From NCBI RefSeq assembly GCF_963921235.1, contig NC_086097.1, forward strand, positions 105,340,001 to 105,404,000: 64,000 bases of DNA, written 5' to 3'. A program made the position numbers and the translations under genes. The DNA is from Mobula hypostoma. Taxonomy: Eukaryota. Every line of letters begins with the position of its first letter. Positions within the stretch are counted from its first letter, which is position 1. The notes beneath the pieces were generated by a model. It was not told where the DNA came from, did no database searches, and was given only the letters and a program-made list of their open reading frames with translations. Positions 51,521 to 64,000 of this stretch are shown piece after piece.

Positions 51521-53806
51521 AGCACATGAGAGAAACTGTCAGCACAGGTGCTGCATGCAAGATTGATTTCAATGTTTAAGTGAAGTTTGGATTGGTACGT
51601 GGATGGAGGGCTGTGGTACCAGTGCAGGTCATTGGGAGTAGGCAGTTTAATGGTTTCGGCATGGACTAGGAGAGACGAAGGGCCTGTTTCTGTGCTGGGG
51701 TTCTCTATGACTGTGAAAATCCCAAGGCAATTAAGGGAGTTGCAAGGAAAAGAGTGTGATCTGTTTAAGATCAAAACGGCCAGAGGGCTTACCTGTTTCT
51801 GCTATGGAGAAAGTTGCTGGTTGGAGACTTCATTTGGGGTGGTGAATTTCTAGACTACATTAAGATTAAAAAAGAGGAATTATTAGATAACTTTGGCATA
51901 AAGGTGAATAAATCTCCAGAGCTTGTTGAAATGTATCCCAGTCTGCTATAGGGCATAACTGAGGAGGTTAAAGTCGGCACAACGTTGTGGGCTGAAGCAC
52001 CTGCACTCTGCTGCACTGTTTTGTGTTTCCTCGGGCCTCCCATTCACTGAAAGTATCGTACCTTTATTGGTTCTCCAAAAATGCTACGCCTCACATGTTC
52101 AGATTTGTTTCTTTGTCTACCTTACCAATTTATTCTTATCACTACAGTTGAATGCCATAGTGATATCAATACATTGGTAAGGTAGTTAACACAGATCTTT
52201 GTGTTGTCCATGAAGTTAGTAACCACATCCTTACATTCACATTCATTTTGTTACTAGATATAACAGTAAGGTCCTATCATTAATCTCTACAAAGGCACAA
52301 AGTTCCAATAATAAAGACAACCTCTGACTCCCAACTCCAAGCAGGTATTGGAACCACTTACCAAATTCCTTGGATCCCACAGGTTCTAACCTTTTGTACC
52401 AATGTTCTATGTGTGACCTTGTCAAAGGATTTACTGAACCTTTCGTAGACAAGATCAACAATACTGCTCTCATTGGAACACTTAGTAACCTTTTAGAAAA
52501 AATGAAATCAAGTTGAACAGGCAGAATCTAGCCTTAACAAAGACATGCTGACTCTCCCTGATCTCCCTGCCTGTCCAGCTGCAAATAAATCTTGTCCCTC
52601 ACAACCTTTTGTAATAACTATCAAGAGTACGGGGAACAATTTTGGACCCCCTATTTAAGGAAAGATATTAAAGACAGTTCAGAGAAGGTTCATTTGGATG
52701 ATCTTGGGTATGGAGGGATTGTCCTCTGAGGAAAAGTTAGATTGGGTCTCTACATCGTTTTGCAAGGTGATCTTATAGAAATATACAGATTTTCAAAAGG
52801 CATGAGTGTATAAATTCCTTTCATGGGGGAGATCTGAATTAGAGAGTGTGAACTCAGCATAGGGGACTGCAATGGGGACAAATTTCTCCTGAGGATTGAG
52901 AGTGTTTGCAACTCTGCCACAGGGAACAAAGGGGCCATAGTCATCTAGTTATAGAACACAGAAATGGGCCTTTCAGATCCAATTGCCCACACCTTCAAGG
53001 TGCCTATCTTTTCCTGTCCAAATACACTGTGGTTCTATCACTTCCTCTTACAGCTTGTTCCATACACCCACCATCCTCTGTGTGGAAATCTTGTACCTCA
53101 GAGCTCCTTTAAATATTCCTCTCTCACCTTAAACCCATGCTTTTCCTGCCCTTGGTAAAGACTTTTTACTATGTGCCTTCCCTAAAGATCAATAAGGTTG
53201 CCCCTCAGTCTCCTGTGCTCAAGGGAGAACAGTGTCAATCTTTCCAATCTCTCATTTTAACTCAAGCCATCCATTCCAGACAACATCCTGCACTTTTTCA
53301 AGTCCTACTGCATACTCTTTGTAACATACTGACCAGAACTAGAGTGGCATAACCAGTGGCCGTACAGCTGCAATCAAGACGATTAAGTTGCATGGGCGAT
53401 TTGGATTAAAAATTGGCCTGCCAATAGGAGACAGAGGGTCATGGTCAATGAGACTTATTCTGGCTGGAATAATCAGCAGCTAAAGTGCAGAACACCACTA
53501 AGCAGGTCACTCATTATTGGGGTATTAAATGCTGCCTGTGAACAAATTTAAATAAAAAGGCACTTGCTGTCCTTTGATAATTGATTCGTCCCTCGTTCTG
53601 CTCTTTTAATTCGCACGCATTCCCACTCTCATTGACTCTGATTGTGTTTCAACTGTCCCTCTGTGGTCCTGTTCTGCACCATTGCCCCCGAAGAGCAACA
53701 CTATGGCTTGCAACTTGGCAGAGACACTAGTGAATGGACGGCTGATTTATGAGGTCCACTCTGACTCCAACTGATGATGTTCTCCCCTCACCCCCACTGT
53801 AAATAG

Positions 53807-53911
53807 GAAGCTTTGGAATGGAATCAAGTACAGTTTGGAAACACAGTGCCATTCGCCCGGCGCTTCAAACAGCTGGATGCAATTTCAAACACCATGACAG
53901 AACTTCAGCAG
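53807..53911 (+). CDS. HAUS2: HAUS2 second coding exon (EALEWNQVQFGNTVPFARRFKQLDAISNTMTELQQ)
   Basis: aaatag acceptor and CAG|gtatga donor; 105 bp, phase 0-0; resembles human [31 protein letters not shown]. Confidence 0.75.
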
Positions 53912-56314
53912 GTATGAGCCTTACGATAAACTGATTTGTTCCGAAGGGTGGCATATAACAAAGTGATATTCATGCAATGATACCCAAAACAAAATGGGTC
54001 TCTAGCCACTTGATAGCAGTAAAATCAACAAGTTTGCAAGAGGTTTCTCAGTACATGGACTAACTTCCTCATTCTTGGTGTAAAATTGTGTAAGACTGAG
54101 GGTGTTATATTTGAATGGATGCAGTATACGAAATAAGGAAGCGGAGTTTGCAGTACAGTTCCAGATTAGCACATATGACGTTGTGGGCATCACTGAATCG
54201 TGGCTGAAGAAAGATGAAAGCTGGGAGTTTAACATCCAAGGATACGCATTGTATCAAAAAGACGGGCAGGTAGGCAGAAGGGGTAGGATGGCTCTGTTGG
54301 TAAAAATGAAATTAAGTCATTAGAAAGAAGTAACATAGGATCAGAAGGTGTAGAATCGTTGTGGGTTGAGCAAAGGTAAAAAGACCCTGATGGGAGTTAT
54401 ATACAGGCATGCAAACAGTAGCAAAGATGGGGTTTACAAATTGCAGCTGAAGATAGAAAATACATGTCAAAAGGGAAATATTACGATGTTTAGAATAGCT
54501 CATGGTAGAGCCCACTAGGTGATCAGCTATACTGAATAGTTTGTTGTGCAGCGAACTGGAATTGATTAGAGAACTTGAGACAATTCGCCCTGCAATTTGA
54601 GGAGAAGCTAAAGTCATGTGTATCAGTATTACAGTAGAGTAAAGGGAAGATGCAGATAGATATATCCCAAAGAAGTGTCTCTAGAAAGGGTGCAAGGAGA
54701 TTTACAAGGATGTTGCCTGGATTGGGAAGCATGCCGTATGAACATAGGTTGAGTGAACTTGGCCTTTTCCCCTTGGAGCGACGGAGGATGAGAGGTGACC
54801 TGATAGAGTTGGACAAGATGATGAGAGGCATTGATTGTGTGGATAATCAGAGTCTTTTTTCCCAGGGCTGAAATGGCTAACATGAGAAGGCACAGTCTTA
54901 AGGTGCTTGGAAGTAGGTACAGAGTAGATGTCAGGGGTAAGTTTTTTTTTGTGTAGAGGGTGGTGATTGTGTGGAATGGGCTGCCGGCAACGGTGCTGGA
55001 GGCGGATACGATAGGGTCTTTTAAGAGAGTCCTGGATAGGAAGATGGAGCTTAGAACAATAGAGGGTTATGGGTAACCCTGCGTAATTTCTAAGTTAAGG
55101 ACTTGTTCGGCACAGCACTGTGGGCTGAAGGGCCTGTATTGTGGTGTAGGTTTTCTATGTTTCTCTGTTTCTAAGTAGTAGTATTCTATGGCAGGATGAC
55201 ACAACCATGGCTGACAAAGCCAACTTAAGAGCCAAAGGGAGTGCATATAATTTAGCAAAAATTAGTGGGAAGTTAGAGGATTGGGAAGCTTTTAAAAACC
55301 AACAGAAGGCAACTAAAAAAGATATAAAAAAGGAAAAGATGCAATGCGAAGGTAAGCTAGCTAATAATATTAAAGAAGATACCAAAAGTTTCTTCAGATA
55401 TATAAGGTGTAAAAGAGGGGCGAGAGTAGATATTGGACACTGGAAAATCATGTTGGAGAGCTGGTAATTGGTGACAAGGAAATGGAGGGGCAGGCTCGAT
55501 GGGCCGGAAGGCCTACTCCTGCTCTTATTTCTTATTAGCATATAACCTGTAGCACCAGAGATCCCAACAAACTAGACCACTGCTATACTAAGGTAAAGAA
55601 TGCCTACCATTCTTTGCCCAGGCCTCATTTTGGTAAATCAGATTCCTTCTCCGACCTTCATACAGGCAGAGGCAAAAAAGCAATATTCTAGAGATTAGGA
55701 CAACAGAGAAGTGGTTGTGGGAGGCAGAGGAGCGATTACGGGATTGCTTTGAGTCAGTGTTCAAGCACTTATCCAGAGATCTGAATGAATACAATGTGAT
55801 TGTAACAGACTTCATTGAAACAGCTGTGGATGAGTGTGTTCAGAGTCTTCCCTAAACAGAACCCCTGGATGAAGCATGAGATCCACAATCTGCTGAGGGC
55901 TAGATCAGAGGTATTCAAATCTGGAGACGAAAAGATGCAGCTGTGATCTCTGGAAAGACATCTCACAGGCAAAGTGGAGATTCTGGACCAAACTTCAATC
56001 AACAAGGGATGATCAGCAGCTGTGCTCGCTTTAATCATCAGAAAATGGAGGAATCATCACGAACTCCCACTTTCCTGATGATCTTATGAACTGGATCTCT
56101 GAAGGAGGGTGAATCCATCCAGACTGTACTAAAGACCTGTACTAAGCAACTGGCTGGTGTGTTCACCAAGATCTTTAACCTCTCACTTTCACCCACCTGC
56201 TTCAGGCACCTACACCATACCGGTACCCAAGAAGAGTGTGGTGACCTACCTCAATGATTGTCCTCCAGTTGCACTTACATCCACGGTGATGAAGTATTTT
56301 GAGAGATTCGTAGG

Positions 56315-58245
56315 AACATAGAAAACCTACGGTACAATACAGGCCCTTTGGCCCACAATGCTGTGCCAAACATGCACTTACTTTAGAAATTACCTAGGGT
56401 TACCCATAGCCTTCTATTTTTCTAAACTCCATGTACCTATCCAGGAGTCTCTTAAAAGACCCGAACGTATCCGCGTCCACCACCGTCGCCAGTAGCCCAT
56501 TCCACGCACTCACCACTCTCTGTGTAAAAAAAACTTACCCCTGACATCTCCTCTGTACCTGCTTCCAAGCACCTTAAAACTGTGCCCTCTCATGTCAACC
56601 ATTTCAGCCCTGGGGAAAAGCCTCTGACTATCCACACGATCAATGCCTCTCCTTGTCTTGTACACCTCTATCAGGTCACCTCTCATCCCCTGTTGCTCCA
56701 AGGAGAAAAGGATGAGTTCACTCAGCCTATTCTCATAAGGCATGCTCCCCAATCCAGGCAACATCCTTGTAAATCTCCTCCACACCCTTTCTATAATTTC
56801 CACATCCTTCCTGTAGTGAGGTGACCAGAACTGGGCACAGTGCTCCAAGTGGGGTCTGACCAGGGTCCTACATATCTGCAACATTAACTCTCGGCTGTTA
56901 AACTCAATCCCACAGTTGATAAAAGCAAATGCACAGTATGCCTTCTAAACTACACAGTCAACCTGAGCAGCAGCTTTGAGTGTCTGATGGACTCGGACCC
57001 CAAGATCCCTCTGATCCTCCACACTGCCAAGAGTCTTACCATAAATACTATATTCTGCCATCATATTTGACCTACCAAAATGAACAACTTCACACTTATC
57101 TGGGTTGAACTCCATCTGCCACTTCTCAGCCCAGTTTTGCATCCTATTAGTGTCCCGCTGTAACCTCTGACAGCCCTCCACACTATCCACAACATCCCCA
57201 ACCTTTGTGTCATCAGCAAATTTACTAACCCATCCCTCCACTTCCTCATCCAGGTCATTTATAAAAATCATGAAGAGAAGGGGTCCCTGAGGCACACCAC
57301 TGGTCACTAACCTCCATGCAGAATATGATCCATCTACAACCACCCTTTGCCTTCTGTGTGCAAACCAGTTCTGGATCCACAAAGCAAGGTTCCCTTGGAT
57401 CCTATGCCTCCTTACTTTCTTCATAAGCTTTGCATTCAGGTACCTTAACAGATGCCATGCTGAAATCCATATACACTACATCTACGGCTCTACCTTCATC
57501 AATATATTTAGTCACATCCTCAATAAAATTCAGTCAGGCTCGTAAGGCACAACCTGCCCTTGACAAAGCTATGTTGTCTATTCCTAATCATATTATGCCT
57601 TTCCAAATGTTCATAAATCCTGCCTGTCAGGATCTTCTCCAACTTACCAACCAGTGATGTAAGATTCACTGGTCTATAATTTCCTGGGCTATCTCTACTC
57701 CCTTTCTTGAATAAGGGAACAACATCTTCAACCCTCCCAATTTTCCAGAACCTCTCCCGTCCCTATTGATGATGCAAAGATTGTTGCCAGAGGCTCAGCA
57801 ATCTCCTCACCCGCTTCCCACAGTAGCCTGGGGTACACCTCGTCCGGTCCTGGTGACTTATCCAACTTGATGCTTTCCAAAAGCTCCAGCACATCCTCTT
57901 TCTTAATGTCTATATGCTCAAGCTTTTCAGTCCACAGTAAGTCATCCCTACAATTGCCAAGGTCCTTCTCCGTGGTGAATACTGAAGCAAAGTATTCATT
58001 AAGTACCTCCATTACCTTCTCTGGTTCCATACACACTTTTCCTACTGTCACACTTGTTTGGTCCTGTTCTCTCATGTCTTATCCTCTTGCTCTTCACATA
58101 CTTACAGAATGCCTTGGGGTTTTCCTTAATCCTGCTCGCCAAGGCCTTCTCGTGGCCCCATCTGGCTCTCCTAATTACATTCTTAAGCTCCTTCCTGCTA
58201 GTCTATTAATTTTCTAGATCTCTATCATTACCTGGTTTTTGGAAC
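56315..58245 (-). mobile_element. CR1 LINE, same subfamily as 6740-8522
   Basis: KFADDTK, WQMEFNPDKC and HLEHCAQFWSP ORF pieces. Confidence 0.92.
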
Positions 58246-58436
58246 CATATTCAAGTTTGCTGGTGACACCACTTTCGGGGGCCAATTGAAAATCTGGCTG
58301 AGTGGTGTCATAACAGGCAAGACCAAGGAGCTGATTAGTGCTCATCGGAGGGTCAGAGGTGAAGAGGTTTGGCAGCTTTAAATTCCTGTGTATCACTATT
58401 TCAGAGGATCTGTCCTGGACCCAGCAATGTGCAATT

Positions 58437-59885
58437 GTGAAAGAAAAGCACGGCAACAGTGTAAAGAGCGGCAGCGGTGTGCAGAGAGCACGGCAGCAGT
58501 GTGTGAAGAGAGCACGGCAGCGGTGTGTGAAGAGAGCACGGCAGCGGTGTGTGAAGAGAGCACGGCAGCAGTGTGAAGAGCGGCAGCGGTGTGAAGAGAG
58601 CACGGCAGCGGTGTGTGAAGAGAGCACGGCAGCGGTGTGTGAAGAGAGCACGGCAGCGGTGTGTGAAGCGAGCACGGCAGCGGTGTGTGAAGCGAGCACG
58701 GCAGCAGTGTGAAGAGAGCACGGCAGCGGTGTGTGAAGAGAGCACGGCAGCGGTGTGTGAAGAGAGCACGGCAGCGGTGTGAAGAGAGCACGGCAGCGGT
58801 GTGAAGAGAGCACGGCAGCGGTGTGTGAAGAGAGCACGGCAGCGGTGTGAAGAGAGCACGGCAGCGGTGTGAAGAGAGCACGGCAGCGGTGTGTGAAGAG
58901 AGCACGGCAGCGGTGTGTGAAGAGAGCACGGCAGCGGTGTGTGAAGCGAGCACGGCAGCGGTGTGTGAAGCGAGCACGGCAGCGGTGTGTGAAGCGAGCA
59001 CGGCAGCAGTGTGAAGAGAGCACGGCAGCGGTGTGTGAAGAGAGCACGGCAGCGGTGTGAAGAGAGCACGGCAGCGGTGTGAAGAGAGCACGGCAGCGGT
59101 GTGTGAAGAGAGCACGGCAGCGGTGTGAAGAGAGCACGGCAGCGGTGTGAAGAGAGCACGGCAGCGGTGTGTGAAGAGAGCACGGCAGCGGTGTGAAGAG
59201 AGCACGGCAGCGGTGTGAAGAGAGCACGGCAGCGGTGTGTGAAGAGAGCACGGCAGCAGTGTGAAGAGAGCACGGCAGCGGTGTGTGAAGAGAGCACGGC
59301 AGCGGTGTGAAGAGAGCACGGCAGCGGTGTGTGAAGAGAGCACGGCAGCGGTGTGTGAAGAGAGCACGGCAGCGGTGTGTGAAGAGAGCACGGCAGCGGT
59401 GTGTGAAGCGAGCACGGCAGCGGTGTGTGAAGAGAGCACGGCAGCGGTGTGTGAAGCGAGCACGGCAGCGGTGTGTGAAGCGAGCACGGCAGCGGTGTGT
59501 GAAGAGAGCACGGCAGCGGTGTGTGAAGAGAGCACGGCAGCGGTGTGTGAAGAGAGCACGGCAGCGGTGTGTGAAGAGAGCACGGCAGCGGTGTGTGAAG
59601 AGAGCACGGCAGCGGTGTGTGAAGCGAGCACGGCAGCGGTGTGTGAAGAGAGCACGGCAGCGGTGTGTGAAGAGAGCACGGCAGCGGTGTGTGAAGCGAG
59701 CACGGCAGCGGTGTGTGAAGAGAGCACGGCAGCGGTGTGTGAAGAGAGCACGGCAGCGGTGTGTGAAGAGAGCACGGCAGCGGTGTGTGAAGCGAGCACG
59801 GCAGCGGTGTGTGAAGAGAGCACGGCAGCGGTGTGTGAAGAGAGCACGGCAGCGGTGTGTGAAGCGAGCACGGCAGCAGTGTGTG
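58437..59885. repeat. 24/22-bp minisatellite (gaagagagcacggcagcggtgt[gt]), ~60 copies
   Basis: Directly visible tandem array. Confidence 0.97.
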
Positions 59886-62627
59886 CCTCTACTTCATTTG
59901 AAGTTTGCGGAGATTCGGCCTGACATCTAAAATTCTGACAAACTTCTGCAGATGTGTAGTGGAGAGTATACTGACTGGCTGCATCACACCACAGCCTTGT
60001 ATGGAAATACCAATGCCTTTGAACGGAAAATCCTATAAAAAGTAGTGGATTAGGCCCAGTACATCACAGGTAAAGCCCTCCCAATCACTGAGCACATCTA
60101 GATGAAACACTATGATAGGAAAGCAGCATCCATCGTCAGAGATAGGCCCCACCCAGTCCACGCTTTCTTCTCACCGCTGGCATCAGGTAGAAGATACAAG
60201 TGCCACAGGACTCGCATCACCAGGTTCAGGAACAGTTGCTACCCCTCAACCATCAGTCTCTTAAACAAAAGGGGATGGCTACACCGAACTTTACTGAAAT
60301 GTTCCCACAGCCAATGATCTCACTTTAAGGACTCTTTATCTCATTATCTCATGTTCTTGTTATTTTGCTTTTTATTTTTATTTGCATTTGCAGTTTGTTG
60401 TCTTCTACACTCTGGTTGATCTTTCATTGATCCTGTTATAGTTACTATTCTATAGACTTGCTGAGTATGCCCATAAAGAAATGAATCTCAGGGTTATATA
60501 TGGTGACATATATGTATATAGATAGTAAAATTTACTTTGAACTTTGAGAAACTGATCAGAGCACCGGGGAGAACCCTGCTGCTTCACTGAATCGTGACTT
60601 GCAATCTGTTATCGAGAAGGGTATTCGCTGTGATCTTATCGAAAAGGGTGTTGGCTGTTTCATCTGGAGGAGACTGCACTGGCTGTCAGCTGGATCACAT
60701 TCTCGGTCTCTGAAATGGGAATTAGATCCATAACCTTCACATTGGAGACGGTGTTGCACTGAGCTGTAGCTGTGCGGAGGGAGAGAGGGGGGCGATAACC
60801 AGCGTTTTAATGGAGGTGAAGCATCACAAGTCATAGAGTCATACAGCAACAAAATGGGCTCTTTGACCCAGTTGATCTATTTTGACCTGGTTGAACTGCC
60901 TTTGGCCCAAATCACTCTGAACGTTTCCTATTCACGAACCTGGGATTAATTTACATGTGCTGTACATCGAAACATACAGTGAAATGTGTTATTTGCATTA
61001 ATGGCCATCACAACCTACTGATCTGATGGGGCACAAACATTGCATGCCACAATGCTCAGCAGAATAACACGTAACACAACAAAACAGAACGCATAAAGGA
61101 ACAAGACACACACACAGAACAAGCCCTGTTCCTCCCTCCCTCCCACTCACAGACACTGGGATTTTACTTCCCCAGCAGACTCTCAGACTCAGGCTTCTGC
61201 AGACTTCTGAAATTATGATTGATCTTTGGTATCAACCCCAAGATCGCCAGTGGCAACAAATGAGAACCCCGAACCTTTACCCACAAATCCTGCACTTGCC
61301 AATGACGGGACCCCGAACACTAGGCTTCAAACTCCACATTCACTGAAAATGGGACCCAAAGCACGGCCCTAAATTCCACATTCGCTGATGATGGGACCCA
61401 AAACACTAAGCTTCAAACTTTGGACTCGCTGACTCATGCACCAAGAAGGTCACCAGCCCTGGTGACTCCTGCCCGCACGGAACTCTGATCCCAGAACCTA
61501 CCGATGATAGGCTATCCTGTAGGGTGGGGGCCACCAGCCCTATCACCATATAGAACCCTAAGATAAGCTTTCTTGTAGGTATACTCAGTAAATCTAAGAA
61601 ATATTATAGAATCAATGAAAGACTGCGCCCAACAGACAAACAATCAATGTGCAAAAGACAACCGACTGCAAATACAAAAGAAAAAATAGTAAATAAATAT
61701 TAAGAACATGAGATGAAGAATCCTTGAAAGTGGTGGAAATGTTTCAATGATGGGGTGAGTGGAGTTGAGTGAAGTTCAAGAGCCTGAATGTTGAGGGGTA
61801 ATAACTGTTCCTGAACCTGGTGATATGGGTCCTGAGGCTTCTGTAGCTTCTTCTTGATGACAGCAACAAGAGACCATGTCGGATAGTGGGGGTCCCTGAA
61901 TGATAGATGCTGCTTTCCTGTGACAGTGCCTCTTCTTATTCTTCTGTGAAACACTGCATTTAAGCTGCATGCTCCACCAACCTATCTACAGTACATCTTC
62001 TTGATATCCATTATAATCCCTGAGCAGTCCCTGTTCATATTGCAGATTTTGCTGTGTACCTTTCCCCCACCCCTTCAAACAACAGTTTGCCTTTAACAAA
62101 TTTTACTCTACTGGCTCCTTGCTTGCCAAGGAAAGGCCATATAAGGTAGCAAAAGTGAGTGGGAAGTTGGAGATAGGGAAGCTTTTAAAATCCAACAAAA
62201 TACAACTATAAAAGCTATAAGAAAAGAAAAGATGAAATAAGGGGGCAGACTAGCCAATAATATAAAGTAGGATACCAAAAGTGGTTTTTTTTCCAGTTAT
62301 ATAAAGAGTGAAAGGGAGGTGAGAGTTGATACTGGACCACTGGAAAATGATTCTGTTGAGGTAGTAATGGGGACAAAGAAATGGGTACTTTGCATTTGTC
62401 TTCATTGTGGAAGTGTGTCAGTGATCCGTGAGTGTCAGGGAGCAGGAGTGAGCGCCATTGCTAATACAAAGGAAAAAGTGCTAGGCAAACTCAAAGGTCT
62501 TACGGTGGATAAGTCACCTGGACCAGATGGACTGCATCCCAGTGAAGTTGTTTAAGGATGTTGGGGAAGTAAGGCATGATTCTTGGACTCTTGTAAATAA
62601 TGGGTTAAAAACTTAAGTGAACAAATT

Positions 62628-62665
62628 CAGTCCTGACGAAGGGTCTCGGCCTGAAACGTCGACTG
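62628..62665 (+). ncRNA. Minimal type I hammerhead ribozyme (predicted cleavage after C62660)
   Basis: CAGUC-CUGACGA-A-GGGU(CUCG)GCCU-GAAAC-GUC^GACUG; perfect 5-bp helix I. Confidence 0.75.
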
Positions 62666-62764
62666 CGCCTCTTCCTATAGATGCTGCTTGGCCTGCTGCG
62701 TTCACCAGCAACTTTGATGTATGTTGCTTGAATTTCCAGCATCTGCAGAATTCCTGTTGTTTGC
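62629..62764 (+). mobile_element. 136-bp ribozyme-led Penelope-terminus insertion
   Basis: Perfect 12-bp TSD gtgaacaaattc (62617-62628, 62765-62776). Confidence 0.88.
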
Positions 62765-62790
62765 GTGAACAAATTCTGTTGCTTTTGCTG

Positions 62791-63799
62791 TGTGAGGGGA
62801 TCCTGGAGTACCCCTATTAACTGTTTGGAGAGAGACATTTATCATTGATGGTTTGTTTGGAAAGGAGAGAGAGACAGAGTTATTTACCACCGATATGTTG
62901 CTTTTGAAAAGAGAGAGAGAGAGAGAGACAAAGATTAACGCTTGGACTGTCACTTTAAGGCATTGGAAGTAACTTTGGATTTTTACTGAGTTGGGAGTTG
63001 GAGACAGCACCGAGCAGCTCGAAGGTTGCTATGGTGACCGAAGGCGGTGGACACTCGATGTTATGATTTTCAGCTGGTTATTGATGTTACTTTCAAGGAC
63101 TTGTTGCCTGCTTGTGCTCCTTTACAGACAAAGGAGGGAGTGACTCTTTGAATGACAGGTGATGCTCAGCCTGGTGAAATAAATGGGAGGTCAGATGATA
63201 CAGACCTCAGGACACATGATCTGGACACTGAATGAGCATTGTTGTGCCCGCAGAGAAAGTGGGTTTTGGAGGATCGATCAGGCGGATCGATCCAAATTGC
63301 TATTCCGTCAGTGAAGAAGGGGTTGACTGGTGGGGAGTTCTCTGTGTCCACCCTTGCCTGGGTGATAGCTCCACCACAGAAGACCGGTCCCCCTGGTTAA
63401 AGTCACAGTCGGTGACTTGTAAAGGATTTCGGAGGACGACGAGAAGATTGACGGCATCAGCTCACCTGAAGACTCAACTCACTCACTCTCTCTCTCCCCC
63501 CCCTTTCTCCATCACTACTCAACTAAATACCATGAACTGAACTGAACTGAACTTTACTCAACATCGTAAGACTGTATCTTTTTACTCCTAGACTTAAAGA
63601 AGCCTGGTTTCATACATATATATATATATATTCCACACTTACTTTTATCTATAACCATTGCTAACCTGTTTGATTTATTTACATTTATATTACTGTATTA
63701 CGTAGTTACTAATAAATATTATTAGTTTATAGCAATACTAGACTCCAAAGTGTTTTCCATCTCTGCTGGTTCTTTATCCCCGTCACGGGGTCCGTGACA
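62791..63799 (+). mobile_element. Solo LTR related to the Gmr1-like LTRs
   Basis: TGT..ACA ends; TSD gctg (62787-62790, 63800-63803); shares cccttgcctgggtg, gtcacagtcggtgac and a similar U5 end with the reverse complement of 11711-12573. Confidence 0.88.
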
Positions 63800-64000
63800 G
63801 CTGAAGAATAAGCCCGCAGTTTATTTAGATTAAAAGCTTGCCTGATTAACAGCCTGTAGCTGCCTCTTCAAGGTGACATGAGGGCTGGAATTACTCAGTT
63901 CTCACATAGGTCATGCTTTATTGTTTTGCTCCACTGACTTACGTCTTTTCTTCTGAGAGGCTCAATGATAAGAACATCTGTCTCTAATTAAGTCAGGGGC

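Larger units (their letters stand above)
55530..60545 (+). mobile_element. Rex1/Babar-like LINE, fragmented; hosts a CR1 and a minisatellite
   Basis: [14 protein letters not shown] before the array; SGRRYK..TRFRNSCYP after it; tail actttgaactttga. Confidence 0.75.

Noticed and set aside
58214..59930. Long repetitive ORFs ([24 protein letters not shown])
   Set aside because: Translations of the minisatellite.

Overview
Repeat-rich vertebrate DNA, most likely a cartilaginous fish (inferred from the repeat families). Three host genes appear in the same order as in human. SNAP23 (+) contributes five coding exons at 2225-25437; its N-terminal exons lie upstream of the window. LRRC57 (-) is complete, with five coding exons, 238 aa, 30711-27169. 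HAUS2 (+) shows a probable non-coding first exon at a CpG island shared with LRRC57 (~36.3-36.8 kb) and two coding exons at 46757 and 53807; the rest lies beyond the window. The introns hold CR1, Rex1/Babar, RTE and HERO-like LINE fragments and Tc1 remnants. They also hold a young Gmr1-type Gypsy LTR element nested in a Tc1 that is itself nested in a CR1, a related solo LTR, and two large minisatellites. Four observations stand out. (1) Penelope-like elements carry minimal type I hammerhead ribozymes, with short ribozyme-led insertions and fold-back derivatives whose ends fall at ribozyme helix boundaries. (2) SNAP23 has His in place of the Qc zero-layer Gln. (3) A 24-bp minisatellite arose from a LINE coding motif. 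(4) The Gmr1-like element has a collapsed pol that is still largely open. All calls were made by eye with no database searches, and repeat boundaries are approximate unless a TSD is given.
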